From NCBI GenBank assembly GCA_963663865.1, contig OY760686.1, positions 544,001 to 608,000 on the forward strand: 64,000 nucleotides of DNA. The letters are read 5' to 3'. Every line of letters begins with the position of its first letter. Within the stretch, counting starts at the first letter, position 1. The position numbers and the translations under genes are program-made. Below are positions 29,906 through 41,079 of the stretch, one piece after another. The notes beneath the pieces were generated by a model that was given only the letters and a program-made list of their open reading frames with translations, was not told where the DNA came from and did not search any database. This DNA comes from Spirochaetota bacterium. Lineage in GTDB: Bacteria; Spirochaetota; UBA4802; UBA5550.

Positions 29906-32479
29906 CTATTTTCCGGGTGCGGGAAAAAGCCTGTTTAAAAGGTCAGTGAGGTTTTGCAGAGTATAGGGCTTATTGATGCTGTCATCGAAGTTAAAGTTCT
30001 GTGGTGACGCCATTACTGGATTGTCTGAGTAGCCGCTGGAGGCAATCGTTATAGTTTCCGGGCATATATTCTTTACTGCCGTAACGGCCTCGACCCCTCC
30101 GGCTTCTCCGGGGATGGTCAGGTCCATAATGGCAATGCGGTAGGGTGCCCCGTTTTTCATGGCCATGCGGGCCATTTCAATTGCATCGTTACCATTCGGG
30201 GCCTCATCACAGTCATAGCCCATTCCCGTGAGCATTTCACAGGTAATTTCTCTGATGTGATCTTCATCGTCCATCACGAGAACTCGGCCTTTCCCCGAGT
30301 GACGGGAGGCCGTTGAGGTTTCCTCCCGGCTGGATATGGAATCTGCCGTGGGGAGTACGATGGAAATAGTTGTTCCCACGGAATCGGTCGGTTCAAGGAA
30401 AATGTCGCCGCCGTGTTTTTTGATTATAGAATAGGCGGTCGCGAGGCCGAGACCGTTTCCGCCCGGTCTGGTGCTGAAGAACGGGTCGAATATTTTCGGC
30501 TGGATATCCTCCGGGATGCCGGGGCCCGTGTCGGTGAAGGAAATCTTGATGCAGCTGTCGCCGGCTCCGTAGTAGCCCTCCCTGTTCTCAATATTACGAA
30601 CAACTATGTTAAGCCTGCCTCCATCGGGCATAGCCTGAACGGCATTTATAACAATGTTGTCCACCGCCTGGCCGAACTGGTTGTGGTCGATGCTGCACGG
30701 CTTGATGCCGTTTTCAAAGTCAAAGCAGGCTATAACCTTCGACCCGCTGAGGGCAAATTGAGCAGCTTCCCTGACTACCGGGAGTATGTCCATGTTCTTT
30801 CTTACCGGGTTGCCGCCCCTCGAGAAGGTCAGCAGCTGCCTGGTCAGGTCAGTGGCCCTGTTGAGGCCGCCCAGGGCCTTGTCCAGATACTTCAGCGCCT
30901 TGCTGTCCGCGGGAACGGCAGCGCGGCAGAGGTCTATGTAGCCGAAGATAATGCCGAGAAGATTGTTGAAGTCATGCGCGATACCGCCGGCCAGTACTCC
31001 CAGAGATTCGAGCTTCTGGCTTCTGCTCATGAAGGTCTCGTTCTGTTTTCTCTGTGAAATGTCGCTAACAAATACAAGCGCGCCATTTTCTCCTTCAAAC
31101 TCAAACGGCACTGCCGAGACCTCCGCTGCAAAGGGAGTCCCGTCTAATTTGTAGTGGATTTGTTCCATGAGGGGAACATCTTTTTTTTCTTCATTGAGCA
31201 GTTTAAGCCTATCTCTGATCTTATCATGGAAGTCAGGATGAAAGCGCTCAAGGACGGAATGTCCCAAAAGTTCGTTCGCGCTTTGCGCCCCGAAGTGATT
31301 GAGAGCTGCCTGGTTAAGATAGGCAAACTTGCCGCCGGTCTGGGCGAAGATTGCGGCAGGGGCATTTTCAATAAGTGTACGGAACCTTGTCTCGCTGTCC
31401 ATGAGCTTTTTCTCAAAGAGCCTGGACTCTGTGATGTCAAGCGCGGAGAAGGTCGCTCCCTCCTCTGCCGAATCACGGTTAAGGCGGGTGTAGTTCAGGA
31501 GAACATTGATGACATGTCCGCTCTTCGTTACCCACTTTGTCTCAAGCGGAAGCGAGGTATTTTCTTTTACAATGCGGTCTTTCTCAAGGCCGATTCTGTG
31601 GTATTCTTCATCGCTTTCATAGAGCATCCTTGTGTTTGCACCGATGAGCTCATCACGCGAGTAACCTGTCATGGAAACAAGTTTATCGTTTGCCTCTGTG
31701 ATGTTCCTGTCGTTGACTATTCCGATGCCGGCGGGCGCTGATCTGAAAACGCTTTCAATTTTTTTTGCGGCCTTGATGAAGTTTTCTTCCGCTTCCTTTC
31801 TGTCGGAGATATCGAATATAATTGAAAGAAGATAAATCCTTCCGAGGCCATGGAAGGGCCCTGAGTAAACCTCGACTGTTTTGCTGCTCCCATCTTTTTT
31901 CCAGTGAACAAACTCAAAACGGTTAAGGCCGGTCAGCCTGACCTGTTCCATGAGGGATTTCAGCTTTTCGTCGGGCATTCTGTTTATAGAGGATATATGC
32001 ATTGACCGGAGTTCATCGACTGTCCAGCCGTAGAATTCCGCGGCTGCAGGATTGGCGTTGATTATTCTGCCGCTATCTGGATCGACGATCATCATGACAG
32101 CCCTGCTGCTTTCGAAGAGGCTGCTGTTCACAGAATCAGTCAGGCTGTTTTTCTCGTCAGGGAGCTCCTGAAAGCTGAGAAAGTAAAATGCCTTTTGTCC
32201 GTTATCTCCGTAAGAACAGATGTCAGCTTCTACCTTTCCACCCGGCATTGTTACAGCCACGTGCAGTATATTGCGTCCATTAAGAGAAAGGGCTTCCCTT
32301 GAGATGCCATCGCGGCTGAACAGATTGAAGCCTATATCGGCTGCAGATGAGGCCCCGGTGAAGAGAAGCGCCGCGCTGTTGGCGCAGACAGCCTCACCGT
32401 CAGAGTTGAACACAATGACGGGTAGGGACAGACAGTCAATGATAGGTTTGAAGACATCAGAGGACTCTTTCATGGACAC
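29906..32479 (-). CDS. PAS-domain hybrid sensor histidine kinase
   Basis: PAS repeats, GIAHDFNN H-box, DTGPGI, GLGL and receiver domain (VMDDE, IMDLT). Confidence 0.93.
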   Translation of the reverse strand: MSMKESSDVFKPIIDCLSLPVIVFNSDGEAVCANSAALLFTGASSAADIGFNLFSRDGISREALSLNGRNILHVAVTMPGGKVEADICSYGDNGQKAFYFLSFQELPDEKNSLTDSVNSSLFESSRAVMMIVDPDSGRIINANPAAAEFYGWTVDELRSMHISSINRMPDEKLKSLMEQVRLTGLNRFEFVHWKKDGSSKTVEVYSGPFHGLGRIYLLSIIFDISDRKEAEENFIKAAKKIESVFRSAPAGIGIVNDRNITEANDKLVSMTGYSRDELIGANTRMLYESDEEYHRIGLEKDRIVKENTSLPLETKWVTKSGHVINVLLNYTRLNRDSAEEGATFSALDITESRLFEKKLMDSETRFRTLIENAPAAIFAQTGGKFAYLNQAALNHFGAQSANELLGHSVLERFHPDFHDKIRDRLKLLNEEKKDVPLMEQIHYKLDGTPFAAEVSAVPFEFEGENGALVFVSDISQRKQNETFMSRSQKLESLGVLAGGIAHDFNNLLGIIFGYIDLCRAAVPADSKALKYLDKALGGLNRATDLTRQLLTFSRGGNPVRKNMDILPVVREAAQFALSGSKVIACFDFENGIKPCSIDHNQFGQAVDNIVINAVQAMPDGGRLNIVVRNIENREGYYGAGDSCIKISFTDTGPGIPEDIQPKIFDPFFSTRPGGNGLGLATAYSIIKKHGGDIFLEPTDSVGTTISIVLPTADSISSREETSTASRHSGKGRVLVMDDEDHIREITCEMLTGMGYDCDEAPNGNDAIEMARMAMKNGAPYRIAIMDLTIPGEAGGVEAVTAVKNICPETITIASSGYSDNPVMASPQNFNFDDSINKPYTLQNLTDLLNRLFPAPGK

Positions 32480-32616
32480 TGATTATAACATCGCTTTGTT
32501 TCTGATTCAAGAAAAATTGCGGAAGCGCAGTTTAATAATTAGCGAATAAATAGAAACACGGGATATATGCCTATAGAAATGAAGCTGGTTTGGGTCCGGC
32601 TTTGAGAAAGACCGTC

Positions 32617-34017
32617 TCAGTCTGCTGAAGACTCAACGGCTGTCTCAGTTTTAACCCCCTTGGCTATGCCGCTTTTCCACCTTCCCGAATAGTAGTAAAG
32701 AAAGCTGACAGTCACCATGATAACAGAACTTAGAGCAATGGCCGTCCAGATGCCGTCAATGCCAAGCCCGGTCTGCGAGAGCCAGTAGGCAACAGGTACC
32801 CTTACAAACCAGAGCGATACGAGCGAAAAGATCATGGTCATAAGGGTCTTCCCGGCTCCGATAATAACACCGTTTGAGATGAACATAAAGGCGAAGAATA
32901 TGTATGAGGCCCCCACAATGTGAAGATAGGATTTGCCGATATCCATTGCATCCGAATCGATACCCATGCCGAACGAGAGCAGCACGTTTTCAGAAAAAAG
33001 CATAATCAGTACTGAAACACTCAGCGTGATGGCTGCTGTCATGATGAGCCCCCACTTGAAGACCTTTCCCACCCTTTCATACTTTTCGGCCCCTATATTC
33101 TGGCCGGTGATTGCCGATACCGCCATGCTGATTGACATGGCGGGCATTATCGCGAAAGAGTCAACCCTTGCCGCGGCGCCGAACGCGTTCAGCGCCTGAT
33201 TGCCGAAGCTGTTCACAAGGCCTGTAATGAAGATCATTCCAAGGGATATCAGCGACTGCTGAATCATTGTCGGAAAGCCGATTTTCAATATGCTCAGCGC
33301 GGTTTCAGGCTTAAACTTCAGCATTGAGGGCGAGAAAGCCAGGGCGTGCCCTTTTTTGTTGAGGTACACTATGCTGAAAAGAAACGCAAAAAGCTGCGCA
33401 GCCGAGGTTGCGAGTGCGGCGCCATTGAGTTCCATTTTAGGGAAGGGGCCGAATCCACCGATGAGAAGAGGATCAAGTATCGCGTTAATTACAACACCAG
33501 ATGAAAGGAATATTAGCGGAGTAATGGTGTCTCCTATACCTCTGAGAATCGCGGCTATCAGGGCGCCCAGGAACATAAACGGGAGCCCGAGAAATATTAT
33601 TCTCAGGTATCCGGTTGCCATAACGATATTCTCCGGGGGCGTGTTCATGGCCTCAAGAATATTCCCGCAGGCCAGGTACGATACGACGGAAAGTACAACT
33701 GAAACAATCAGCGTTATGGTGAAGGCGTTTCCTACAGTGCAAGAAACCATCTCTTCTCTGCCGGCGCCGTAGTGTTGAGAGACCAGTACGGTTGCAGCGG
33801 TCGTAAGGCCTATTGATATGCCTATGATGAGAAAGATAACTGGAAAGCTTACGCCTACGGCTCCGACGGCATTCTCTCCGACGAGATGGCCAACCCATAC
33901 CGTATCCACGATGTTGTGAAAGACCTGTATGAGGCTGCTGATAAGCATGGGAATTGAAAAGTAGAGAAGATGTCTGGGGATGCTGCCCTTCGAAAAATCT
34001 GTGCCGTATTGATTCAT
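32617..34017 (-). CDS. MATE-family efflux transporter
   Basis: GSIPRHLLYFSIPM, VDTVWVG, RGIGDT, NAILDP; about 12 TM. Likely start ATG 34017. Confidence 0.92.
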   Translation of the reverse strand: MNQYGTDFSKGSIPRHLLYFSIPMLISSLIQVFHNIVDTVWVGHLVGENAVGAVGVSFPVIFLIIGISIGLTTAATVLVSQHYGAGREEMVSCTVGNAFTITLIVSVVLSVVSYLACGNILEAMNTPPENIVMATGYLRIIFLGLPFMFLGALIAAILRGIGDTITPLIFLSSGVVINAILDPLLIGGFGPFPKMELNGAALATSAAQLFAFLFSIVYLNKKGHALAFSPSMLKFKPETALSILKIGFPTMIQQSLISLGMIFITGLVNSFGNQALNAFGAAARVDSFAIMPAMSISMAVSAITGQNIGAEKYERVGKVFKWGLIMTAAITLSVSVLIMLFSENVLLSFGMGIDSDAMDIGKSYLHIVGASYIFFAFMFISNGVIIGAGKTLMTMIFSLVSLWFVRVPVAYWLSQTGLGIDGIWTAIALSSVIMVTVSFLYYYSGRWKSGIAKGVKTETAVESSAD

Positions 34018-34250
34018 AATAAGCTCCTGAAAGGTCAACGCTATTTCAGGGGCCTGATCTGACAATCGAAATATTATAAAAGTGAAACGATGAGCGGTCT
34101 GCCGGCCTGAAATTGCACTTGGTTCGAGATAGAAAAGAATGTGAATACTGCTTGCTTTATGTACGTGATGTGTTAGACTCAGCGGCTATATCTTCAAATA
34201 TAGCATTTCCCCAACGCAGGAAACACGGAGAGGATAACATTGACGCAGAT

Positions 34251-37200
34251 ATGAGTCAGGAAAAGCTTATTAACTCGACAGAGCTTGAAATAGCAGTCGC
34301 ATGCGGCAGTGACGGCGGGCTTGTTGTCAGCTCCATGAGCCGTGCCATGCGGAAGCTGTGCGGCGGAAAGGCAGCGGAACTTCCAGTTGAGGAGCTGCTT
34401 GCCAACGTGATTGAGGAAGAAAGCCTCCTCGCTCTGGCAGCTGCTCTGCGCGAGTCGCATCGTGATTCGAAGCCAGTTAAAGTCAGGTTGAAAGGGCGGA
34501 AGCGTGGCGGCTTCGATTGTGTCATTATTCCCCCCCCAAATGAAAGGGATGGTAAATGCCGCTGTGCACTTTTCGAGTGCCGGGATTGTGATGAGTCAAA
34601 GCGGGTCGACAGACGCCGGTTCAACCTCCTGAAAGCTGTGATTGATATTCTTCCGGGAACTGTTTTCGCGAAAGATATTGAAGGACGAAAGATACTTTCC
34701 AACAGCCTCGATGCAAAGATAATGGGGCTCAATTCTCCGGAAGAGGCTGTGGGAAAAACAGACTTTGAGGTTTTCCCGAAGGAACAGGCGCAAGAGTTTG
34801 CGCGTGAAGATAAAATCGTACTCTCCGGGGGCTCCGTGAAAGGCAGTCCAAAGACCTTTACGGATAAGGACGGCTCGGTCATATATTTTCTTACATCAAA
34901 AGTTCCTCTAAGGGACGAAAATGGTGATATAATTGGGCTTGTCGGCGCCAGCTATGACGTCACTGATTTGACGCTTGCACAGAAGGAGCTTGCCGAGAGT
35001 AAGAAGCAGCTTGAAAAGTCAAATCATAAGATGCAGCAGCTGATTGAGGAGCTTCAGGCCACGAACGAAGAGTACGAGGCCATGAACGAGGAGCTCATCG
35101 CCTCTAACGAGGAGTACGAGTCGATTAACGATGAGCTTATTGACAGCCAGAAGGAGCTGATAAGCAGGGAAAAGGCGGTTGCTGAAAGCGAGGAAAAGTA
35201 CAGGCGGCTGCTGTCGTCGCTTACGGAATATATCTACAGAATAAACATCAATGGAAACAAAGTCTCTATAGAGCATGGACCGGGCAGTTATGCCATAACG
35301 GGGTACACGAGCGATGAGCTCTCTGAGAGGCCTGATTCCTGGCATGATTTCATACATCCTGAGGACAGGGCTAAAATCGCACTCTTCACGTCAAATATTC
35401 TCAATAAGGGAGATATTCCGTCCGCCGAGTTCCGTATTATTACAAAGAAGGGTGAGGATAAGTGGGTCAGAAGCACAGTAGTGCCGGTAAGGGACTCAAA
35501 GGGCGATGTGACATCATACGACGGACTGATTCAGGACATTACCGCCGAGAAGCTGGCCAAACTTCAGCTTGAGAAGGCCTACAGGGAAACAAAGATCCGC
35601 TACGAGGTCAGCCGTTCACTCGCGACCGCGGAGACGGAGCAGGATGTTCTAAACGCTTTGATCGCCCACGCGGGGATTTATCACGAGGCCTTCGTTGCAA
35701 TTCTTTTAAGGGACACTGATGTTCCCGGATACACGTTTTACACGGGAGTCTATAACTCTTTCAATAGCGGTATTGAACCAATTGCTCTGGACGGCGTCCC
35801 TTTTAATGAAAAGCTTATTCATGTGCTGCAGGATCTGCCTCCGGATGAAGAATCGATTGTGGATGATGCTGAAAACGATGAAAGGCTTTCGGCAAACGGG
35901 AAGAGCTTTGCTGCCCGTGTCGGATGGAGGAGCAGGCTGTCTCTGCCGCTGAAGGGCAGGGATGGTTTTATCGGATACCTCGCGGCACAATCGCCGGTTA
36001 AAGGCCTGTTTTCTGATGAGAGAGCAGATCTTTACCGCACCCTTGTCGAACTTGGTGTCGGAGCTATTAAGTCGGCCAGGCTCAGGGCCGCGATAAGGGA
36101 ATCTGAGCACAGGCTCAGTCTGCTGATAGAACAGTCGCCCCATGCGGTGATTGAATCGGACCTTCAGGGTAATGTGCTCTCGTGGAACCCGGCAGCGGAG
36201 CGCATCTTCGGGTATTCCAAAGAGGAAGTCTTAGCCCTGGAATCTCCAACGGTGCTTATCAGAGAGGCCGATATTGAGTCAGAGAGGCTGGTTTGGGATA
36301 GGCTTCTGACAGAAAAAAGCACTATCAGGCGTGAGCTCATCAATATAAAAAAGGACGGCTCGGAGATTATATGTGAGTGGATAGGCTTCCCGCTTATTGA
36401 CGATAGCGGCAATATTATACGGATAACTTCGCTTGTTCAGGACATAACCGACAAGAAGAGAGCGGAAGAAAGAATTGCCAGGAACCTCATGGAGACAGAG
36501 ATTAGGCTCAATGTAAGCCAGTCGCTTGCTGTGGCGGAGACGGAAGAGGAAATTCTCAATGTTATAATATCGCACTCAAGGCTTTATCCCGAGGCCTTTG
36601 TGGGAATAATGATACTGGACAACGATGAGGGGCGTACCTCTTTCACTGTGAGGCGCATTGACCCTGCTGACAGTGGTATTCCGCCATTCGCGAAGATAGG
36701 CGATACCCTCAGCGAGGAAACCTTCCCTGTGCTCAAGGTCTTTAATCCCCGCGATGAAGTTGTCATAAACGATATTTATACCGATCACCGTGTAAGCCCG
36801 GATTTGCGTTCCAGGTTCGAAAATATCGGCCTTATGAGCCGGCTGAGCCTCCCGCTCGGCAAAGGCCCCGAGTTTGTAGGTTACATGGCAGCGCAGTGCC
36901 GGCAGGCAAACTTCTTTGATGAGTCGAGAACACACCTGTTCCGCACGCTTGCCGAGCTGGGCTCGTCGGCCCTCAGAGCGGCAAAATTAAGGGAGGGGAT
37001 TCGCGCCTCGGAGGAGCGGCTTTCGATGTTTGTGGAGCAGTCGCCCTTTGGTGTGATTGAGTGGGACAGGGAAGCCAGGGTCATGTCCTGGAACCCCGCC
37101 GCAGAGAGGATATTCGGCTACACCTCGCGGGAGATTATGGGCAAAACGGCCTCTGAGACAATTGTTCAGGACAGGATGCTTTTCGGCAGGGACATGGAGT

Positions 37201-38531
37201 GGGAGGGGCTTCTTGAATCAAAGAGCAGCAACACTGTAACAAGGCCTAACAGGCGCAAGGATGGTACGGAGATTTTCTGCGAGTGGAACTCGTTTTCGCT
37301 TGTAGGAAGAAACGGTGAAGTGGTGGGAGTGGCTTCTATTGTGCAGGACATCTCTGATAGAATCAAGTCGGAAGAGGAGAAGAAGCAGCTCGAACTTCAG
37401 CTTGCCCAGGCACAGAAGATAGAGTCTATCGGAAGGCTCGCCGGCGGCGTGGCCCACGACTTCAACAATATGCTGACCGTCATACTGGGGCATACCGAGC
37501 TTCTAAAGCTGGGGCTTTCGAGGGACAGCGGGCTTATTGAAGGGGTTTCTGAAATTGAGAAAGCCGCGATACATTCGAGGGACATCACCAGACAGCTGTT
37601 AGCCTTTTCGAGAAGGCAGATTATTTCTCCCCAGGAGATAGACCTGAACCGCCGCGTCAGGAACATCAGGACAACGCTTGCCAGGCTCATAGGAGAAAAC
37701 ATTGAGCTGAAATTCAGGGCGGGAAGGGGCCTCTGGACTGTGGAGTTCGACCCGACACAGATTGATCAGATCGTCGTAAATCTAGCAGTAAACTCCCGCG
37801 ACGCAATGCCGAACGGGGGGCTCCTGATAATAGAGACACGCAATGTGACCGTCGATGACCATCAGATATCAGAATTCTTTGAGGTCATCCCCGGAGACTA
37901 TGTCATGCTGAGCGTAACTGATAACGGCACGGGTATGGATGAAGATGTAAAGAAAAACATATTTGAGCCGTTTTTTACCACCAAGGAGCAGGGAAAGGGC
38001 ACTGGGCTTGGAATGGCCACGGTTTACGGTATGGTGAGGCAGAATGGCGGATTTGTGAATGTTTACAGCGAGGGCGGGAAGGGTACATCGGTAAAGGTCT
38101 ATATCCCCAGGTTTGACTCGCCCGGAACGCGGGCGGCGGACAATCCCGAGGTCGAAACCGTTAAGGGGACGGGGGATGTGCTTCTTGTTGAAGACGACCC
38201 GCTGGTCAGACGGATGGCTGAGTCGATGCTCAAGAGCCTGGGGTACACCGTAGCCGCTGCGCAATCTCCTGAAGAGGCATTATTGCTTCTTGGCAACCCT
38301 GAGACGAAGGTTGACCTGCTCATAACTGACGTCGTTATGCCGGGGATGAGCGGTTCCGAGTTGAGCGAGAGGGCCGCAAAGCAGAGGCCAGGGCTCAGCG
38401 TCCTGTTCATGTCCGGATACACCTCGGATGTAGTAGTTCTGCAGGGGGTACTTGAGGATAAGATGAACTTTATTCAGAAGCCCTTCAGTATGGCTGAACT
38501 CGCACAGAAGGTGAAGCAGGCGATGAAATGA
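34251..38531 (+). CDS. Multi-PAS/GAF hybrid histidine kinase
   Basis: PAS domains, duplicated GAF-PAS unit, [14 protein letters not shown], receiver LITDVVMP. Start uncertain (34113-34251). Confidence 0.92.
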   Translation: MSQEKLINSTELEIAVACGSDGGLVVSSMSRAMRKLCGGKAAELPVEELLANVIEEESLLALAAALRESHRDSKPVKVRLKGRKRGGFDCVIIPPPNERDGKCRCALFECRDCDESKRVDRRRFNLLKAVIDILPGTVFAKDIEGRKILSNSLDAKIMGLNSPEEAVGKTDFEVFPKEQAQEFAREDKIVLSGGSVKGSPKTFTDKDGSVIYFLTSKVPLRDENGDIIGLVGASYDVTDLTLAQKELAESKKQLEKSNHKMQQLIEELQATNEEYEAMNEELIASNEEYESINDELIDSQKELISREKAVAESEEKYRRLLSSLTEYIYRININGNKVSIEHGPGSYAITGYTSDELSERPDSWHDFIHPEDRAKIALFTSNILNKGDIPSAEFRIITKKGEDKWVRSTVVPVRDSKGDVTSYDGLIQDITAEKLAKLQLEKAYRETKIRYEVSRSLATAETEQDVLNALIAHAGIYHEAFVAILLRDTDVPGYTFYTGVYNSFNSGIEPIALDGVPFNEKLIHVLQDLPPDEESIVDDAENDERLSANGKSFAARVGWRSRLSLPLKGRDGFIGYLAAQSPVKGLFSDERADLYRTLVELGVGAIKSARLRAAIRESEHRLSLLIEQSPHAVIESDLQGNVLSWNPAAERIFGYSKEEVLALESPTVLIREADIESERLVWDRLLTEKSTIRRELINIKKDGSEIICEWIGFPLIDDSGNIIRITSLVQDITDKKRAEERIARNLMETEIRLNVSQSLAVAETEEEILNVIISHSRLYPEAFVGIMILDNDEGRTSFTVRRIDPADSGIPPFAKIGDTLSEETFPVLKVFNPRDEVVINDIYTDHRVSPDLRSRFENIGLMSRLSLPLGKGPEFVGYMAAQCRQANFFDESRTHLFRTLAELGSSALRAAKLREGIRASEERLSMFVEQSPFGVIEWDREARVMSWNPAAERIFGYTSREIMGKTASETIVQDRMLFGRDMEWEGLLESKSSNTVTRPNRRKDGTEIFCEWNSFSLVGRNGEVVGVASIVQDISDRIKSEEEKKQLELQLAQAQKIESIGRLAGGVAHDFNNMLTVILGHTELLKLGLSRDSGLIEGVSEIEKAAIHSRDITRQLLAFSRRQIISPQEIDLNRRVRNIRTTLARLIGENIELKFRAGRGLWTVEFDPTQIDQIVVNLAVNSRDAMPNGGLLIIETRNVTVDDHQISEFFEVIPGDYVMLSVTDNGTGMDEDVKKNIFEPFFTTKEQGKGTGLGMATVYGMVRQNGGFVNVYSEGGKGTSVKVYIPRFDSPGTRAADNPEVETVKGTGDVLLVEDDPLVRRMAESMLKSLGYTVAAAQSPEEALLLLGNPETKVDLLITDVVMPGMSGSELSERAAKQRPGLSVLFMSGYTSDVVVLQGVLEDKMNFIQKPFSMAELAQKVKQAMK

Positions 38532-38554
38532 AAGTGTCTTCGGCTCTTTTCAAT

Positions 38555-39166
38555 TTAAGGTTCTATACCAATGATAACTAGCGGAACGGCAGGAACCCCC
38601 CTCCCCTGTCTTACAACATTGTAAAGCTCCCCCTCACAGTAAGATACACCGGAGCTCATTTGTGACTGAAGTGATTTCATGGGTAGTATCTCTATGCCAA
38701 CATCAATTTTATCGCCCACATAAAAAGCGAGATGTTTTACGAAGAGGTCGTAAGCTACAAAAGAATATTTGCCAAATTGAACTTCAATTGCAACTCTATC
38801 TTTAACAAAATCTGTCTGATTGTAACTGAATATTGGAGATTCTCCAGTTTCTTCGATTTCTTTTTTTTGATGTTCTGGTTCCATTGTCATTGTTTTTCGG
38901 ATTAATTTTTCATTCTTTGTGACCCAATAACTAACCCTGCTTTCATTCCAGTTTAGATGTGACAATTTATTTTTAAATTCATTATTCATGTCGATGGGGC
39001 TGTAAAGCAATTTACCTTTCATTGTTTTTTCTTTCGACACTTTTGTTTTGCATATTTCTGCATCAATAGAGGTTATTACTTTTTGGATTTCCTCCCATTG
39101 CTCAGGTTTGTGAACTAATAAAAATTCTAATCCGTTTAAATGAGAATACTTTTCAATTATTTTCAT
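38555..39166 (-). CDS. BglII/BstYI-family type II restriction endonuclease
   Basis: QTDFVKDRVAIEVQFGKY (D...ExQ catalytic motif). Confidence 0.85.
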   Translation of the reverse strand: MKIIEKYSHLNGLEFLLVHKPEQWEEIQKVITSIDAEICKTKVSKEKTMKGKLLYSPIDMNNEFKNKLSHLNWNESRVSYWVTKNEKLIRKTMTMEPEHQKKEIEETGESPIFSYNQTDFVKDRVAIEVQFGKYSFVAYDLFVKHLAFYVGDKIDVGIEILPMKSLQSQMSSGVSYCEGELYNVVRQGRGVPAVPLVIIGIEP

Positions 39167-39167
39167 A

Positions 39168-40097
39168 TTAATTCCCGCTTGTAGCCTTTTTCAAATCAAA
39201 TAATTTCAGCTGATGCATGTTGGAATTATCACTCTCAATTTTAAATCCCATATTTTTATTGTTTGGATCATATACAGGCTTGTTCATCGGTCTTGTTCTC
39301 AATTGGCCTTCAGATAACAATTTTAATCTCTCTTTTGCAATTTTTATGTAATCCTCTACGATTTCAGACCCTGCCCCTTTTCTGTTATTCTTAACTGCTG
39401 CAATAATTGAAGAACCTACACCAAGAAAAGGATCAAAAATCCAGTCGCCTTCATTCGTCATTGATAATACAAGTCGCTCTATGAGCTCAACAGGGAATTG
39501 ACATGGATGTATTGTTTTTTCAACATGATTATTTTTAACGTTTGGAATTGCCCACAGATCACCCGGATTTTTCCCAAGCGGATTGCACGAGTTTTCCCCA
39601 ATTCTGGGGCCTTTAAAGTGTTTTTTATTTGGATATTTTTGAGGGATGCGAACGGGATCCAAATTAAAAGTATAATTATCCTCTTTTGTATACCAGTTGA
39701 TAGTTTCATATCTGCCGGAAAAACGGTTTTTACAGTGCAGCCCATGTTCGAAATGCCATACTATTCTATTTCTTAACTTCATACCAAGACTATTAAAAAT
39801 TGGATAAAGAAGGATATCAAGGGGTACAATTTGTCCATTATTTACAAAATTTCCTACTTGCCAGCAAATGCTGCCATCTGTTTTCAGGATTCGATGACAT
39901 TCTTTAATGACCTCCTCCTGCTGTTTCATGTAGGTATCTAAGTCTATTTTTTTTTCATATTCTTTTCCTATGTTGTAAGGGGGAGATGTAATGACAAGTT
40001 TAATAGATTGGTCAGGAATAGTATTGAGAAAATCAATACATGAACCTTCATAGATAATGGCCTCTTTATCTGAGTTAAATATATTTGATATTTCCAT
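39168..40097 (-). CDS. Amino DNA methyltransferase, beta class (probably m4C)
   Basis: TSPPY precedes HPCQFP and DPFLGVGS. Likely start ATG 40097. Confidence 0.9.
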   Translation of the reverse strand: MEISNIFNSDKEAIIYEGSCIDFLNTIPDQSIKLVITSPPYNIGKEYEKKIDLDTYMKQQEEVIKECHRILKTDGSICWQVGNFVNNGQIVPLDILLYPIFNSLGMKLRNRIVWHFEHGLHCKNRFSGRYETINWYTKEDNYTFNLDPVRIPQKYPNKKHFKGPRIGENSCNPLGKNPGDLWAIPNVKNNHVEKTIHPCQFPVELIERLVLSMTNEGDWIFDPFLGVGSSIIAAVKNNRKGAGSEIVEDYIKIAKERLKLLSEGQLRTRPMNKPVYDPNNKNMGFKIESDNSNMHQLKLFDLKKATSGN

Positions 40098-40662
40098 GGG
40101 TTGATCTCTGAATATGATAATATAAGCTGTATAGATATAAATTTGTTTAGTGTTAGTCAAGGAAATTTTATGCCCCAACGAGTTAATCAATAATACGGTC
40201 TGTGTACGAGAGCGAGGATTTTCTTACGGCAGAAGGAACGGTGTTGGAGATTGAAAAAGGTGAAACCCGCTTGGCATCTCTCTTTTTCACGAAAATCTGC
40301 TGATTAGTAATCCGGAGAAAAAAAAGGACATCAGTATTACTGAACAACTTAACAGCTGTATTTAGAACAGCGGGTCTGTCCGCCGATTGTCTTACAGCGT
40401 CGGTATCGGCCATATTTTTTTCGGCCGAGCTGATACTGGCATGGACATATTACTTTGTTTTGAGCAGGATAGTGCTTCGCTGCATGAGAAAGGTCACAAG
40501 GAAGACCAATTCCTCGTGAGATGATATCTTCTTTAATCAAACTGCATTCCGAGGGCTTTTCCACATTTACCCGGCGGTGATAATATACTTCGGCGCGCTT
40601 TTTATGCTTCTATCCTATGAAGCGGCTGTATCTGTGATTCAGAGTACGGCTTACCTCTATAT

Positions 40663-40944
40663 GTGCGCGACCGGAATCCTGATGTTTTGACAACCCTGCA
40701 GACTTTTATAAAGATTCGTATCCATATATCTGTCATGGATATCGTGCTTGATTATTGCGATTATGAGCACTTTATTCCCGACGGTGGCGATCACTACATT
40801 GTGAATTTTCCTTTTATAGAGAACGACTACTATTACAACATTCTCTTCAGCTTTGGAAGCAAATGCGAGTGTCTGGAACCGCTTCATATCCGCAGAGAAA
40901 TGCAGCGAAGAATTCATGAGATCACTGCGATATATGAGGATTGA
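40663..40944 (+). pseudogene. C-terminal fragment of a YafY/WYL transcription factor
   Basis: YYNILFSFGSKCECLEPLHIRREM matches the WCX C-terminus; HTH and most of the WYL domain are absent. Confidence 0.7.
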
Positions 40945-41019
40945 GAAAAACTGATAGGGGGGGCAGTGATCAGGGGACTGAATTTGAAATGCCCTTTCTT
41001 CCACCACTGCAAATTTTAC

Positions 41020-41048
41020 TTGAAATATACTCTATAAGTAAATAGTCT
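41020..41048 (+). promoter_or_regulatory. Putative sigma70 promoter
   Basis: TTGAAA-N17-TAGTCT upstream of 41080. Confidence 0.4.
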
Positions 41049-41079
41049 TATCGGATAATAACACTCTGGATATAATTCT

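Noticed and set aside
40183-40564. ORFs 40183..40413 and 40349..40564
   Set aside because: No recognisable motifs or RBS; probably degraded DNA.
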